NCBI GenBank assembly: GCA_001724265.1
Contig: MEDY01000407.1
Span: forward strand, 1 to 44,725
Source of the DNA: Rhizaria sp. SCN 62-66
Taxonomy: Eukaryota
Direction: 5' to 3'
DNA length: 44,725 bases
Part shown: positions 23,592 to 34,461 of the stretch, in pieces
How positions within the stretch are numbered: position 1 is the stretch's first letter
Layout of the letters: each line of letters opens with the position of its first letter
Made by a program: the position numbers and the translations under genes
The notes under the pieces: generated by a model
Seen by the model: only the letters and a program-made list of their open reading frames with translations
Databases searched by the model: none
What the model was told of the DNA's origin: nothing

Positions 23592-25778
23592 ATGATTGCA
23601 CTTGCTGGTGTAACAGGGCGCATGATGCGTGTCGCCTCTCTGTTTGCCATTCTCGTGCTCGGCGCGGCCGCGCTTGCATCGGCTTCGCCCCAGGGTCTGC
23701 TCGGCGTGGTCGCTCGCTCTCGCGTCTATGTCGAGCGCGTTGCCGTCGATTCGCCCTTCTGGTACTCCTCTTCCGCCGTTTCTAACGACGCCGCGGCCAA
23801 CACAGCGTCCTCGGCCGTCGCCAAGACGCACGGCTACAGCGTGGCCGTGTTCGAGGTCGACTTCGCAGCGCCTGTGGCCCTCTCGCGCGAGCCCCAGCCC
23901 GCGTCCACCTCCGCCTCCTCCTCTGCTCCACTCGCCGATGATACGTCATTTTGGTCCGCCGTCGGCGACTCCTGGCGCGAATCGCACCTGGGCCTGCTGC
24001 GCCTCTCGTGTCCCGGCCAATGGTTTGAGTCCTTCCCGCACTTCTCCAGCGCGGGCCGCGCCAACGCGACAGACCTGGCCGACTCTGAGGGGCCCCCGAT
24101 CTTCCTGACGCCGCTGCCCTCTTCGCTCGACGACGCCTGGGCTTTCGCCGCGCCCGCGCCTGCCGCGCTGCTGCGCCGCCTCGACCACCCCGTCTACCAC
24201 GTCCTCCGTTCCCTCGAGGCAGACTCGCTTTCTAGCTCTCAGCTGGGCCGCAAGGGCAGCAAGGGCGGCGAGACGCGGACGGTGCGCGCGGCGCTGATTC
24301 TGCACCACTCGCAGCCGAAGCCGCGCGCGCGGCGGGCGGACGCATGGCGGCCCCCGCGCGGCGCGGCGCACGCGCACGGGCACGTCGACGTGCTCTCGGC
24401 GCGCGCGCTGGCGCGGTGCCGGCTCCAGCTCCTCGGCCCCTCCGCGCAGGTCATGCAGCCCCCCGTCGTCGCCAGCTTCAGTGGCGCCGCTGCGATCGAG
24501 GGGGAGATCTCGTTCGAGGGCGCCGTGCCCTGTGCCGGCCGCCGCCTCTGTCTCGAGGTCATCTCAGGCAGCAACACTCACACTGTTTCAGCTGCGCCTG
24601 CTGTGGCAGCTGCGCCTGCGCCTGTGCCTGTGCATGAGTCTGTGTCCGCGTCCGCGTCCGCGGCGGCGCTGGCCTCGGCGGCCCGCTTCCTGCGCACCCA
24701 GGGCCACCTCGACCACACGGTGCTACCCTCCCCCGCGCTCAGCAGCGCCGGCGACGGCGATGGCGAGGTGGGCAAGAAGGCCGCCGCGTCGTCTTCGTCT
24801 TCGTCTGCGGAGGACGAGCTGTTGCTGCTGCGCTCGCTGCACCCCGAGAGCCCCGTGGCCTACCAGCTCGCCTCCCTCCGCGCTGCGTCGGCAAACACCA
24901 ACGCGAACGCGAGCTCGAACAGCAGCAGCAATAGCAGCAGCAACAGCAGCAGCAGCAAGTCTGAGGAGCCGTCTCCGCAGCCCGAGGCCGCGATGCTGGA
25001 CTCGCCGCTTAAGTGCGCCTTTGACGCCGACGCGGACCCGGTGTTCTTGACGGTGGCGTCGTCGCTGCTGGTGCAGGCGCAGGTGCAGAACATTGTCAAC
25101 TCGGCGCTGCAGCCGATGCAGCCCATGATCGGCGGGACCTTCACGGGCGTCATGGGCGGCCAGATGACGCAGACGCTGGGCACCACGGTGATCCCCGCCG
25201 TGGCCGAGGTCATCGTCAAGGACCTCTCGCGCACCGTGCCGCCGCATCTTAAGGCCTACCTGCCCACGTCCATTGCCGAGATCATCAAGGCGCAGCTGCC
25301 GATCCGCGCCACGCGCGCGACCGCCAACTTCGTCTCATGGACGCTGGGCAACCGCATCACAGCGGACCTCATGGCGCGCACGATGCCGCCCGTGGTCGAG
25401 GACGTGGTGCGCCGCGTCGCGCTCATCACGCCCGGCAAGGCCGCCGCGCTGGCGTCGACGCGCCTGGCGCACGCGCTGACGCGGTCGCTCACGCACGCCG
25501 TGGTGCCTGCGCTGACCAAGACGCTGGAGCACTCGCCGCTGCGGTCGTCGTGGTGCGAGGCGTGCCGCGAGTACGGCAAGCTGTGCCAGTACTGCTGGCA
25601 GAGCGCGTCGAATCTGCAGGCCGCTATGTACTACGCGGGCTACTACTCGACCTACTACGGCGACTACTACACGCGCTTCTTCGTCGGCGAGCTGCGCCAG
25701 GTGCGCCGCGAGCGCAAGGAGCAGGAGCTCGAGGTCGAGCGCATCCGCGGCCGCTTCGAGGTCCTCCAGGAGGCTTGA
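23592..25778 (+). CDS. Predicted secreted protein of unknown function, ~720 aa, with a C-terminal helical Thr/Leu-rich region, CxxC-x6-CxxC and a Tyr-repeat motif
   Basis: Signal-peptide-like MMRVASLFAILVLGAAALASA (alternative ATGs at 23622/23625). C-terminus WCEACREYGKLCQYCW...YYAGYYSTYYGDYY. Ends in TGA. Confidence 0.8.
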   Translation: MIALAGVTGRMMRVASLFAILVLGAAALASASPQGLLGVVARSRVYVERVAVDSPFWYSSSAVSNDAAANTASSAVAKTHGYSVAVFEVDFAAPVALSREPQPASTSASSSAPLADDTSFWSAVGDSWRESHLGLLRLSCPGQWFESFPHFSSAGRANATDLADSEGPPIFLTPLPSSLDDAWAFAAPAPAALLRRLDHPVYHVLRSLEADSLSSSQLGRKGSKGGETRTVRAALILHHSQPKPRARRADAWRPPRGAAHAHGHVDVLSARALARCRLQLLGPSAQVMQPPVVASFSGAAAIEGEISFEGAVPCAGRRLCLEVISGSNTHTVSAAPAVAAAPAPVPVHESVSASASAAALASAARFLRTQGHLDHTVLPSPALSSAGDGDGEVGKKAAASSSSSSAEDELLLLRSLHPESPVAYQLASLRAASANTNANASSNSSSNSSSNSSSSKSEEPSPQPEAAMLDSPLKCAFDADADPVFLTVASSLLVQAQVQNIVNSALQPMQPMIGGTFTGVMGGQMTQTLGTTVIPAVAEVIVKDLSRTVPPHLKAYLPTSIAEIIKAQLPIRATRATANFVSWTLGNRITADLMARTMPPVVEDVVRRVALITPGKAAALASTRLAHALTRSLTHAVVPALTKTLEHSPLRSSWCEACREYGKLCQYCWQSASNLQAAMYYAGYYSTYYGDYYTRFFVGELRQVRRERKEQELEVERIRGRFEVLQEA

Positions 25779-26238
25779 GCGAGCTGGAGCAGAGCGGAAG
25801 AGAGAAGCATTGCTTCTTGCTTTGGAAGAGGATGACCAACCGACGATGAGTGAAGATCGATCGAAGGAGGGCCACGTATGTTTGCTTGGTAACCATTTTA
25901 TACATTAGATTTTCAAATATTATCACACAATCCAAGTTACACAATAAAAACAAATTGTTTTTGAACATTAACATTATACGGTTGTATGTATTCTTGAAAA
26001 AAACGTCATGATAATCATTCATCATCTGTAGTTGTTAACAGACAGCACTATTGTAACACGTAGAGAGATTTGGCCCTCATATCGACGACTCATTGCTAAA
26101 ATATTGTGCGGCATAGCGAACGCTCACACAAGTAAAGCAGTCGACGTCACAGTCAAAACAAGACTCATCTCTTTTGAGAGAGGCAGCTCAGCTTGACTCT
26201 GCAACTGATCTCACTTCACACTTGATGAGGCACACACT

Positions 26239-27861
26239 TCATGAGAGGGGCTTGGGGGCGCGCGTGCCCGAGAAGGCCTGGAGCGCGTCGGCGACCTTAG
26301 GGGCGCGCGCGCGCACCACGGACGCGTACTGGCCCGCAAAGTGCTTGTTGAAATTGGTGTTATTGAGGCACATGAACGTCTCGTTCTTGCGCTTGTCCTC
26401 GCTCTCCGCCGCCGCCGCAGCAGCCGCCGAGGCCGCAGTGTCAGCAGCAGCGTCGCCCTTGTTGGGGAGCAGGGACGGGGGGAACCACCAGCGCGGGCGG
26501 CCGAGGAAGCCCTCGCGCTGCTGCATGACCTCCCTGAAGTCGGGGCGACCGGCGGGGACGTCGCAGTGCACGACGAGCCCGATCTTGTGCCGCATGGCCA
26601 GCAGCGCAGAGGACGCATCGTCCGTCGTCACAATCGTCGCCGCCTTGCCCGCGCGGAAGCGCCGCACGTTGAGCGTCGTCTCCCAGCCGCGCAGCTTGTC
26701 GTGCAGCACGGCGACGCCGCGCACGCGCACGTCCAACCCGACGTTGGTGAAGCCGCGGTTGGTCTTGCGGCGCGTGGTGATGCGGCGGCCTAACTTCCCC
26801 TCGAGCGCACGCGAGACGCGGTGGTCGTCAACGAAGACCAGCACGCGCGTCTGCTCGCGCTTGCCCGCGGCCTTCTCCTGCGCGCGGAAGGCCTTGACGA
26901 AGGCGGCGACGGCGGCGAGCTTGTCCGAGTGCGAGTCGACGAGCTGCAGCCTGTGCACCACGGGCGGCTCCGCACGCTCAAAGGCCGACAGACCGGCCGG
27001 GACGACCTCGCCCTGCTTGATGCCGCGCAGGCCCGCACCGCGGCCGCCCCACTTGGTGCCGCCCTCGTCGTCCTCGTCCTCGTCCTCATCCTCATCCTCG
27101 TCCTCGTCCTCATCTTCATCCTCGTCCTCGTCCTCGTCAGCCTCGTCGTCGTCGTCGTCGTTAGACTTCTTGGCGGGCTTAGCCACGCCGGGCGCGGGGC
27201 GCGCGCGTTTCGCCACGGGCGCGGGCGCGGTGACGACGGCGGCAGGCCGGCCCTTCATGAGCCCCAGCAGGAAGCTGTCGGCCTTGGGCGTGACCTGCTT
27301 CTCCATACGGCTGGGAATCTCGAGGCCGTGACGCGGGCGCGCACGGCCCGTCGCGCAGGCCGCCGCGAGCTTGCTCTCGGGCGCCGCTGCGGGCGCCACG
27401 GGCCGCAGGTCGTCGCGGCCAACGCGGCGGCGCTCCTCGGCCGCGTCCCAGAGCTCGGGCCGTTCCGACACGAGTACGGGCTTGGCGCCGTCGCCGCCGG
27501 CCTCCTTCGCGGCGTCCATCTTGCGCTTAAGGTCCTCGAACCACTCGGTCGCGCTCTTCTCCTTCACAGCGGGCGCGGCGCTCTCCTTCGCGCCACCCTT
27601 GGCACTCTTCTTGGACTCCTTAACTTCCTTGGCCTCAGTAGCGGCCACGGGGGCGGCGGCAGGCGCTGCAGCAACATGAGCAGTAGCCTTAGCCTTGCCC
27701 TTCGTCTTCTTGGGCTCAGCAACAGGCTCAGGAGCAGACTTAGCGGCGGGAGCGCCGGAAAAGGCGGGCGCAGCGTTGGAAAACCAGCTTGAGGCAACCT
27801 CGTCGACGTTCACAACGGGCTTGGCCCCAGCGCCGCGCTTCTTGTCCTGGCGAGGAGGCAT
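26239..27861 (-). CDS. Protein with Lys/Ala-rich and acidic N-terminal half and a single degenerate DEAD-box-type helicase C-terminal (RecA2) domain, ~540 aa
   Basis: ATG at 27861 (MPPRQDKK). RVLVFVD (motif IV-like), V.VLH, RRFRAGK..TIVTTD (motif V-like), IGLVVHCDVP. No DEAD, GKT or HRxGRxGR. Ends in TGA. Confidence 0.7.
   Translation of the reverse strand: MPPRQDKKRGAGAKPVVNVDEVASSWFSNAAPAFSGAPAAKSAPEPVAEPKKTKGKAKATAHVAAAPAAAPVAATEAKEVKESKKSAKGGAKESAAPAVKEKSATEWFEDLKRKMDAAKEAGGDGAKPVLVSERPELWDAAEERRRVGRDDLRPVAPAAAPESKLAAACATGRARPRHGLEIPSRMEKQVTPKADSFLLGLMKGRPAAVVTAPAPVAKRARPAPGVAKPAKKSNDDDDDEADEDEDEDEDEDEDEDEDEDEDEDDEGGTKWGGRGAGLRGIKQGEVVPAGLSAFERAEPPVVHRLQLVDSHSDKLAAVAAFVKAFRAQEKAAGKREQTRVLVFVDDHRVSRALEGKLGRRITTRRKTNRGFTNVGLDVRVRGVAVLHDKLRGWETTLNVRRFRAGKAATIVTTDDASSALLAMRHKIGLVVHCDVPAGRPDFREVMQQREGFLGRPRWWFPPSLLPNKGDAAADTAASAAAAAAAESEDKRKNETFMCLNNTNFNKHFAGQYASVVRARAPKVADALQAFSGTRAPKPLS
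27066..27160 (-). repeat. GAN trinucleotide-type repeat encoding an (Asp/Glu)n tract
   Basis: Translation DDDDDEADEDEDEDEDEDEDEDEDEDEDEDDE. Confidence 0.85.
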
Positions 27862-28361
27862 GGATCCTGAGTGGAGTACGCGGAGCACAAATAGAGAGGA
27901 TACGTGGGAATTATCGGAATTTCAATATTAAATCCAAACACTTCCAATATAAAACAAACTCATATTACTATATCAGACAAAGGCACGCACATTCCATCAC
28001 GCCCGAGCGATTCTGCGAGACCGCAAAATACTCTTTTCGGCCCGCACCACGCTCCACCACAAACCGATCTGCGGCCTCTGTCACACTGCGTTGACATGTG
28101 CAGAAAAACACAGTTTAAGTCATTTCCAGCGAGTCTTCAAGTCAGTATGATAATTATTCAGAGTTTTGTATTGTATAACCATTGCGTCCCGACCTCTAGA
28201 TTGAAAATAGCTTCACCGGTGGAGGGATATATCACATCATTGGCACGGCACTCCTGGCGCCTCCTGCCATGTGGCCGGCCAGCTTTTCGTTGAGCAAACT
28301 CAACAACTCGCTTGTTCGAGCAACGTTATATGGGGCGCGTTTGAAGCGGTGAGCTAAGAGT

Positions 28362-30621
28362 TCACCTGTTCTGGCTCGGATTCACAATAAATCGCGCCAG
28401 CGTGTTGCTCTGCGTCGGCTTCGCGCCGGCCTTGCTCTTGCCGTTGCCACTGCCACTGCCGCTGCTGTTGTTGTTGCCGGCACCGCTGTTGCCCTGCGAG
28501 AGCGCGGGCGGTGCGCGCAGCCCGTCGCCGGCGCCGCCAAAGCCCTGGCTGAGGCCGACACCCTGGCTCTGCGCCGGCGTCGTTGCCTCGCTGCCCAGCG
28601 CAGCGCCCGCAGAAGCCCCGCCGAACGCGCTGCCGCTGCTCTGGCCAGCGTCGCCGCGCTGCGCCGTGCGCACGCGCTTGTCGGCGCTCTCGTAGAGTTC
28701 CACGTCGCTGTCCGTGTCGCCCACCTGCGAGAAGCTCACCTTCTTCGTCACTGTCGCGCCGCTATTCGATCTAGAGCTAGAACTAGCACTGCTGTTGTTG
28801 GAGAGCGTTGCGCCGGATCTGCGGACGGCGAGCGCGCCGAAGTCGCTCTGGCTGCGGCCCAGGTTGCGCGCGGCGGCCATAGAGCCGGTCCGCGAGAGCG
28901 CGCCGTAGGGCTTTGAGGGCGAGGCGAGGCGGTCTTGCGTGAGTGCGAAGGCGTTGACGGGCGGGTTGGGGACCGAGCCTTCGCAGACGCGCTCGAGAAA
29001 GCTGTTCGCGGCCTCCTTCGCGGCCGCGGCCTTGACCTCGCAGTTGTCCTTGATGTACACGCGCACGTAGCGCTCCTGGAACTGCTGCGCGGAGATGAGC
29101 GAGACGTGATTGCGCTGGACGGGGAAGGATTCGGTGGCGTCCCAGGAGTCGAAGAAGCGCACGTGGTCGACGGGGTTGAGATCCTTCTTGGCGTAGTTGA
29201 GCCGCAGCATCTCAACAATCAGGTCGCCCTCCGCCAGCACGCCCTGCGCGTCCTCGGGGACGTATTCCATGAGGCGCTTGGGCGTGAGCACCTCGTTCGC
29301 GGCGGCGGGCAGCAGGGCTTGGAAGACGCAGCGGTAGATGTCGCGCCGGTCGATGCGCCGCAGAAGCTCGCGCGCGGGCGCCAGCTCAGGCCGCTTGTCG
29401 GCCGCGATGAGCGCCAGGATGCGGTCGTCCAGGTCCAGGTACGAGTCGGCGTTGCCGATCTTGCCGACAATGTCAAGCGGCCCGTTAGCGATGATGAGCG
29501 CGTCACGCACCATGTACTCCACGGCCTTGACCGTGCGGTGCGAGTAGATCTGCTTGAACATCTCGTAGCGCGACTGGAACAGCTTGTACACCTCGAAGTC
29601 GACCTTGCGGTGGTAGCAGATCTGGTTGCCGATGACGCGGCAGTTGTTCATGAGCCGGCGCACGTCGATCGAAATAGACACGCCCGAGTTGCGCGCGTCG
29701 CGGGCCAGGTAGTCGAACTTGTCCACGTCGATGCTGTTGCGCGAGTTGCTCACGATCTCGTACAGAAAGCGCTTGCGCTCCCCGAATACGTACTTGTTCA
29801 CATCCGCTAAAGCAAAGCAAGAGCAAAAAGAAAACAAAAGAGACATGATAACGCAATTTAAATCAGGTGAGATATTTGTTTTCGTATTAAATCAAGGTGT
29901 GGAAGTTGAAATAGATGCGTGATAGCTGGGAATAGATTCAACGGAGGGCATTCAGCAACGTACAGGGCGGGTTGATGAGCTGCTTGACGAAGGTAATCTC
30001 GTCGGGGGAGAGGGCCTCCTCCTCGACCTCCTCGTCGTCAAGCCCCGAGGCATGGATCGCGGCGTCGAGCATCATCTCGGACGCGGCCTCGTGCTTCCAG
30101 CCGCGCAGCGCGCCGTCCGTGTCGACGGCCGGCAGGAACTCATTGTCGAAGACGTGGGAGAAGGGCCCGTGGCCCAGGTCGTGGCACAGCCCGGCCATGG
30201 AGACCAGCAGCACGTCGCGCTCGGTCAGCCCCAGCTCGGGCTGGCGCGCCAGCAGCCCGCGCACGAGCTGCCCGGCCAGGTGCGCAGTGCCCAGCGAGTG
30301 CTCGAAGCGGTTGTGGCTCGCGCCCGGGAAGACGAAGTAGGTCGTGCCCAGCTGCTTGAGGTGGCGCAGGCGCTGGAAGTAGGACGTGTCGATGAGCTTA
30401 ATCAGCAGCCGGTCCAGGCACATGTCACCCCAGATCGGGTCGTAGATCACCTTCTGCCGGTTCGACCGCACCACGGCCACCTGCGAAGACGGCAGCGTGG
30501 CGGACGAGAGAATTCCGCGATGGTGGCCGTGATAGCCGCCGCTGCCGCCGCCGCCGCCGGTGACGTCGACGCCAAACGAGGACGCCTCCGCCTCGTAGGA
30601 ACTCATGGAAAAGCTCGACAT
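28362..30621 (-). CDS. SAMHD1: SAMHD1-like HD-domain dNTP triphosphohydrolase without SAM domain, ~700 aa; exons 30621-29964, 29806-28362
   Basis: DPIWG...IDT..FQRLR.LKQLG.TY.VFPGASHNRFEHSLG..H, AGLCHDLGHGPFSHVFD, W.HE..S, FLYEIVSN.RN.IDVDKFDYLARD, R..M...IY.H. Intron GTACGT...TTTAG, phase 1, 157 nt. Ends in TGA. Confidence 0.93.
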
Positions 30622-31087
30622 CGTGCTCGCCTCGCCTGCAAACACGCAGTAGTCCCGAGTTGTCCGTGAGGCGAAAAGGGGCAAGGACACAGAGAAGAGA
30701 ATGTTGTCAGTGTTTGAGGTTAACAATTCATGAGCGCTATAAATTAAAAGTTAGCGCATTTCCACTCTTCACCATCAACATATGCACCTGACATGCCAAA
30801 AGACAGATTTGCTGAGCCACACAAACTCATCTCCCGAAGCCTGATTCAAACCCTTTGCACGCTGGGAGGGACGCTCTGCCCACGCCACAAGTCGGAATCC
30901 AGCCATAGCCGTTGGCGGTTCCATGGGCGTGCGAGAAGTTTCGACCTCTGCAGAGAGGTTGTTTGATCGTGAACACAATTTTAACCTTTATATTTCTTAA
31001 TATTTTGTTATTAACTCCTTTTATTTATTTCCGATTTCTTGCTCTATGCCTACTTCCTGCCCACGGATCACAGGCTTTTTGTTCTCG

Positions 31088-34000
31088 ATGTCTTCGTCGC
31101 AGAAGAAAGGCAAGGCGTCCGCGGCCGGCAGCGGCGGCGGCGGCGCGGCCCCCATCGCGGCGCCGATCCCGTTCCTGCAGCCCGACGCGAACGGACACTT
31201 CTCGGTGAACGAGCAAGCAGCGACGATCCTGGACAGCATCAAGGGCAAGGTCGTCGTTGTCGCCGTCGCGGGCCCCTACCGCACCGGCAAGTCGTACCTT
31301 CTCAACCGGCTCATCGACGCCTCGGCGGGCTTCGCCGTCGGCAGCACCGTCAACGCTTGCACCAAGGGCATCTGGCTCTGGGGCTCGCCGCTCTACGACG
31401 CCGAGACCAACACCACGTTCGTGTTCCTTGACACCGAGGGGCTCAACAGCACGGGCGAGGAGTTCACGTTCGACACGCAGATCTTCTCACTGTCGGTGCT
31501 GCTGGCGTCCGTCTTCGTGCTCAACACGCAGGGCACCATCAACGAGGCTGCGCTGGAGCAACTCGAGCTCGTCGCCGAGTGCTCCAAAGCCATCTCCTTT
31601 CGCCCCCCCGCCAAGAATGCCGCCGCCAGCAAGGGCAAAGGCGGCGCCGCGGACAACGACGACGACGACGTTGAGGAGGAGCTTGCGCACCACTTCCCGT
31701 CGCTCATCTGGACGCTGCGCGACTTTTCCCTGCGTCTCGTCGACAAGGACGGCTCCGCGATCTCACCCAACGAACACCTCGAGCGCGCGCTCCAGCCGCT
31801 GCCGCCCCACGCAAAGGGCTCCAAGTACGTCTGCGAAGCACTTTGGAACACTATATGTCACTTATGAAACAAATAGTTTTGTTATATTATGGATTTAATT
31901 TTTATAAATATAATATCTTTTTTTAAACCTCTAATCTCGCGACGATATTCTATCAAAACACTCGGATATTTGTTTGTTTTGCAGGGAGAAGAACCGCATC
32001 CGTCGCTCGATCGTGTCGTGCTTCCTGCAGCGCGAGTGCCAGCCGCTGGTGCGGCCCGTGACGGACGAGGACGACCTGCAGCGGCTCGCCGAGCTGCCGC
32101 CCAGCGCGCTTCGGCCCGAGTTCGAGGCGGGCGTGCGCCGCTTGCGCGAGCGCGTCTTCGGCGGGGCCGCGGTCGGTGGCGGCGCCGGCGGCGCCACGCC
32201 GTCCGCGCAGCTCGCGCGCAACGTCAAGGCCATTAGCGGGCGCCCCGTGACAGGCTCCGTGCTGGTGGGGCTTGCGCGCGCGTACTGCACCGCGATCAAT
32301 ACGAACAAGATGCCGTCGATCCTCTCGGCGTGGCAGAGCGTGGTGGAGCTCAAGGCCAAGACCGTGGCCGCCGACGCGCAGCAGCAGCTGCTCGCGGGTT
32401 TCAACGCGCACTTTGCGGCCGGTGAGGTCTACGCCGAGGCCGAGGTTCGCGCCTTTGCCGACGCCGCGCTGGCGCAGGCGCTGGACACGGTCACCGAGGG
32501 GCTGATGGGCGCCGACGAGGCCGCGGCGGAGGTGGCGCGCCACCTGGAGACCGTAGTGTACGAGACGGCGCTGCGGGACGCGCTGGGCCGCAACGCCGCG
32601 CTGTCGGTGACCTTCTGCCGCGACGTTTTCTCGCAGCTGTGGGACGACACGGCGGCCGACGCGCCGTGCTCACACCGCGCCTTCACGCGGCTCTGCGCGC
32701 AGGGCTCCGCCGAGGACGTCTCGGCCTTCGTCGCGCGCCTGCTCGAGGCCTACCGCGCGCGCGCGCGCGGCCCCAGCGCGGGCGACGTTGAGCGCGACAT
32801 TCTGGAGCGGCTCTACGACGGCGCGCTGCAGCACTGGGCCGAGCGCGAGCGGCTGGCGCAGGCCAAGCTGGCGGCCGCGCGCGACGAGACGCGCCAGGCC
32901 CGCGAGGAGCTCACGGCCGCGCTGCGCGGGCAGGAGGCAGCGCAGCGGGAGACGCTTGTGCTGACCGAGCGCGTGGCCGCGCGCGACAGCGAGCTGGTCG
33001 AGTGCAAGCGCCGCGCCGCCGCCGCTGAGGCTGCCGTGGCCGACGCGCGCGCCGAGGCCGCGGGCGCCGCGGCGGCGCAGCGGGCCGCCGCCGCCGAGGC
33101 CGCGCGCGCGGGCAAGGAGGCCGACGCGCTGCTCCGTGAGGCGCGCGCACTCGAGACGGCGCTGCGCGGCGACCTGGCTGACGCACTCAAGGACGCCGAG
33201 CGCGGGAAGCGCCAGTGGGCCGACGAGCGCACCGCGCGCGAGGCCGCAGAGCAGCGCGCCGCCGCGGCGGAGGAGGCGGGCGAGCGCGCCACCGCGAAGC
33301 TCCGCGAAACGGGCTCGCGCGCGACGGCGGCCAGCGCGGCCACGGAGGAGCTCCGCGAGCAGCTGGCTGCGGCGCGCGGCGAGGCCCGCGACCTCAAGGC
33401 CGACCTGGCGGCCGCGCGGCGCGAGGCGACCTCGGGCGGGGAGGCCAAGGAGGAGGTGGCTGCGCTCAAGGCGAGGTACGATGCAACATGTATTCAAGTT
33501 CTCTTTACGATTTTTTTTCTCCGTTTTTTAGCTATATTCACTTAAAAAATTGTGTTTCATATCTCAAATTGTTGTTTCTCTATCAAATGTTGTCCTCAAT
33601 CTTACCTGTTATCTTTCGTCTTTCGTTGTTCCCCCTCTTCCCTTCAGGCTGCGTGAGTCGTCGTCGGCGCTTGCGGCGGCGCGCAAGGAGGCCGCGGAGG
33701 AGCGCGCCGAGGCCGAGGCTGCGCGGCGCGAGGCCGAGGCGAGCAAGCGCGACGCGGACTCGCACCGGCGCGAGGCCGAGGCGAGCAAGCGCGAGGCCGA
33801 GGCCAGTCGCCGCGACGCAGAGACTAGCAAGCGCGACGCCGCCGCAGCCTCGGCCACCGCGCAGCGCCGGCTGTCGGCCGCGCAGCAGCAGCAGTACCAG
33901 CAGCAGCACGACTTCGACGACTACGACGACGGCCACGGCGACGCCGACGCCGACGCTGACTACGGGCAGCCCAGACCGGCGCCGCGTGTGGCGGCGCCGC

Positions 34001-34461
34001 CCAAGGCCGGCGGCCGCCGCTCATCCGCCGCCACAGGCTTCCCCTCTTCGCAGGACAGCGCGGGCTCCGGCTCCGGGTGGGAGCAGCCGATGGTGAGCAG
34101 CGTGATCTCGCCCGTGCGCGCGCCTGGCCGCGGCAGCCTCGGCGGCGCTGGCGGCAAGCGCGCAGGCTCTCCGCTGGCGCGGCCGGGCCGCGTGAGCTTC
34201 AGCGGCGCCGGCCGGGGCGCGAACGACGACGACGACGACGACGACGAGGACGGCGCGCAGAAGACCGAGGAGCACCCGCTGGCGGTGCTGGCGCGGCTGG
34301 GGCTGCCGGGGACGGCCGAGCCCGTGCGCGATCCCACGAAGCTCAAGGTGCAGGAGATCCGCTCCTGGCTGACGAGCATCGACGTGTTGGACCATCAGAA
34401 CGTCAAGGGCAAGGCCGAGCTCATTGCGCTACTCAAGAAGAGCGACCCGCGTCTCAAGTAA
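31088..34461 (+). CDS. Guanylate-binding protein (GBP/atlastin-type large GTPase) with long coiled coil, disordered tail and C-terminal SAP-like motif, ~1,013 aa; exons 31088-31824, 31985-33475, 33648-34461
   Basis: G1 GPYRTGKSYLLN, G2 CTKGIWLW, G3 DTEG, G4 WTLRDF. GBP-typical KN.IR..I...F..REC..LVRP and LRPEF, V.LARAYC.AIN...P.I.SAW. Both introns are GTACG-...-CAG and preserve frame. Ends in TAA. Confidence 0.92.
33706..33843 (+). repeat. Tandem 21-nt (7-aa) repeat in the GBP coiled coil
   Basis: R-EAEASK-R-DADSHR-R-EAEASK-R-EAEASR-R-DAETSK-R-DA; the DNA cgcgaggccgaggcgagcaag is repeated. Confidence 0.8.

Noticed and set aside
33706-33843. CRISPR-like or mobile repeat array
   Set aside because: In-frame coding heptad repeats without unique spacers, in a eukaryotic context.
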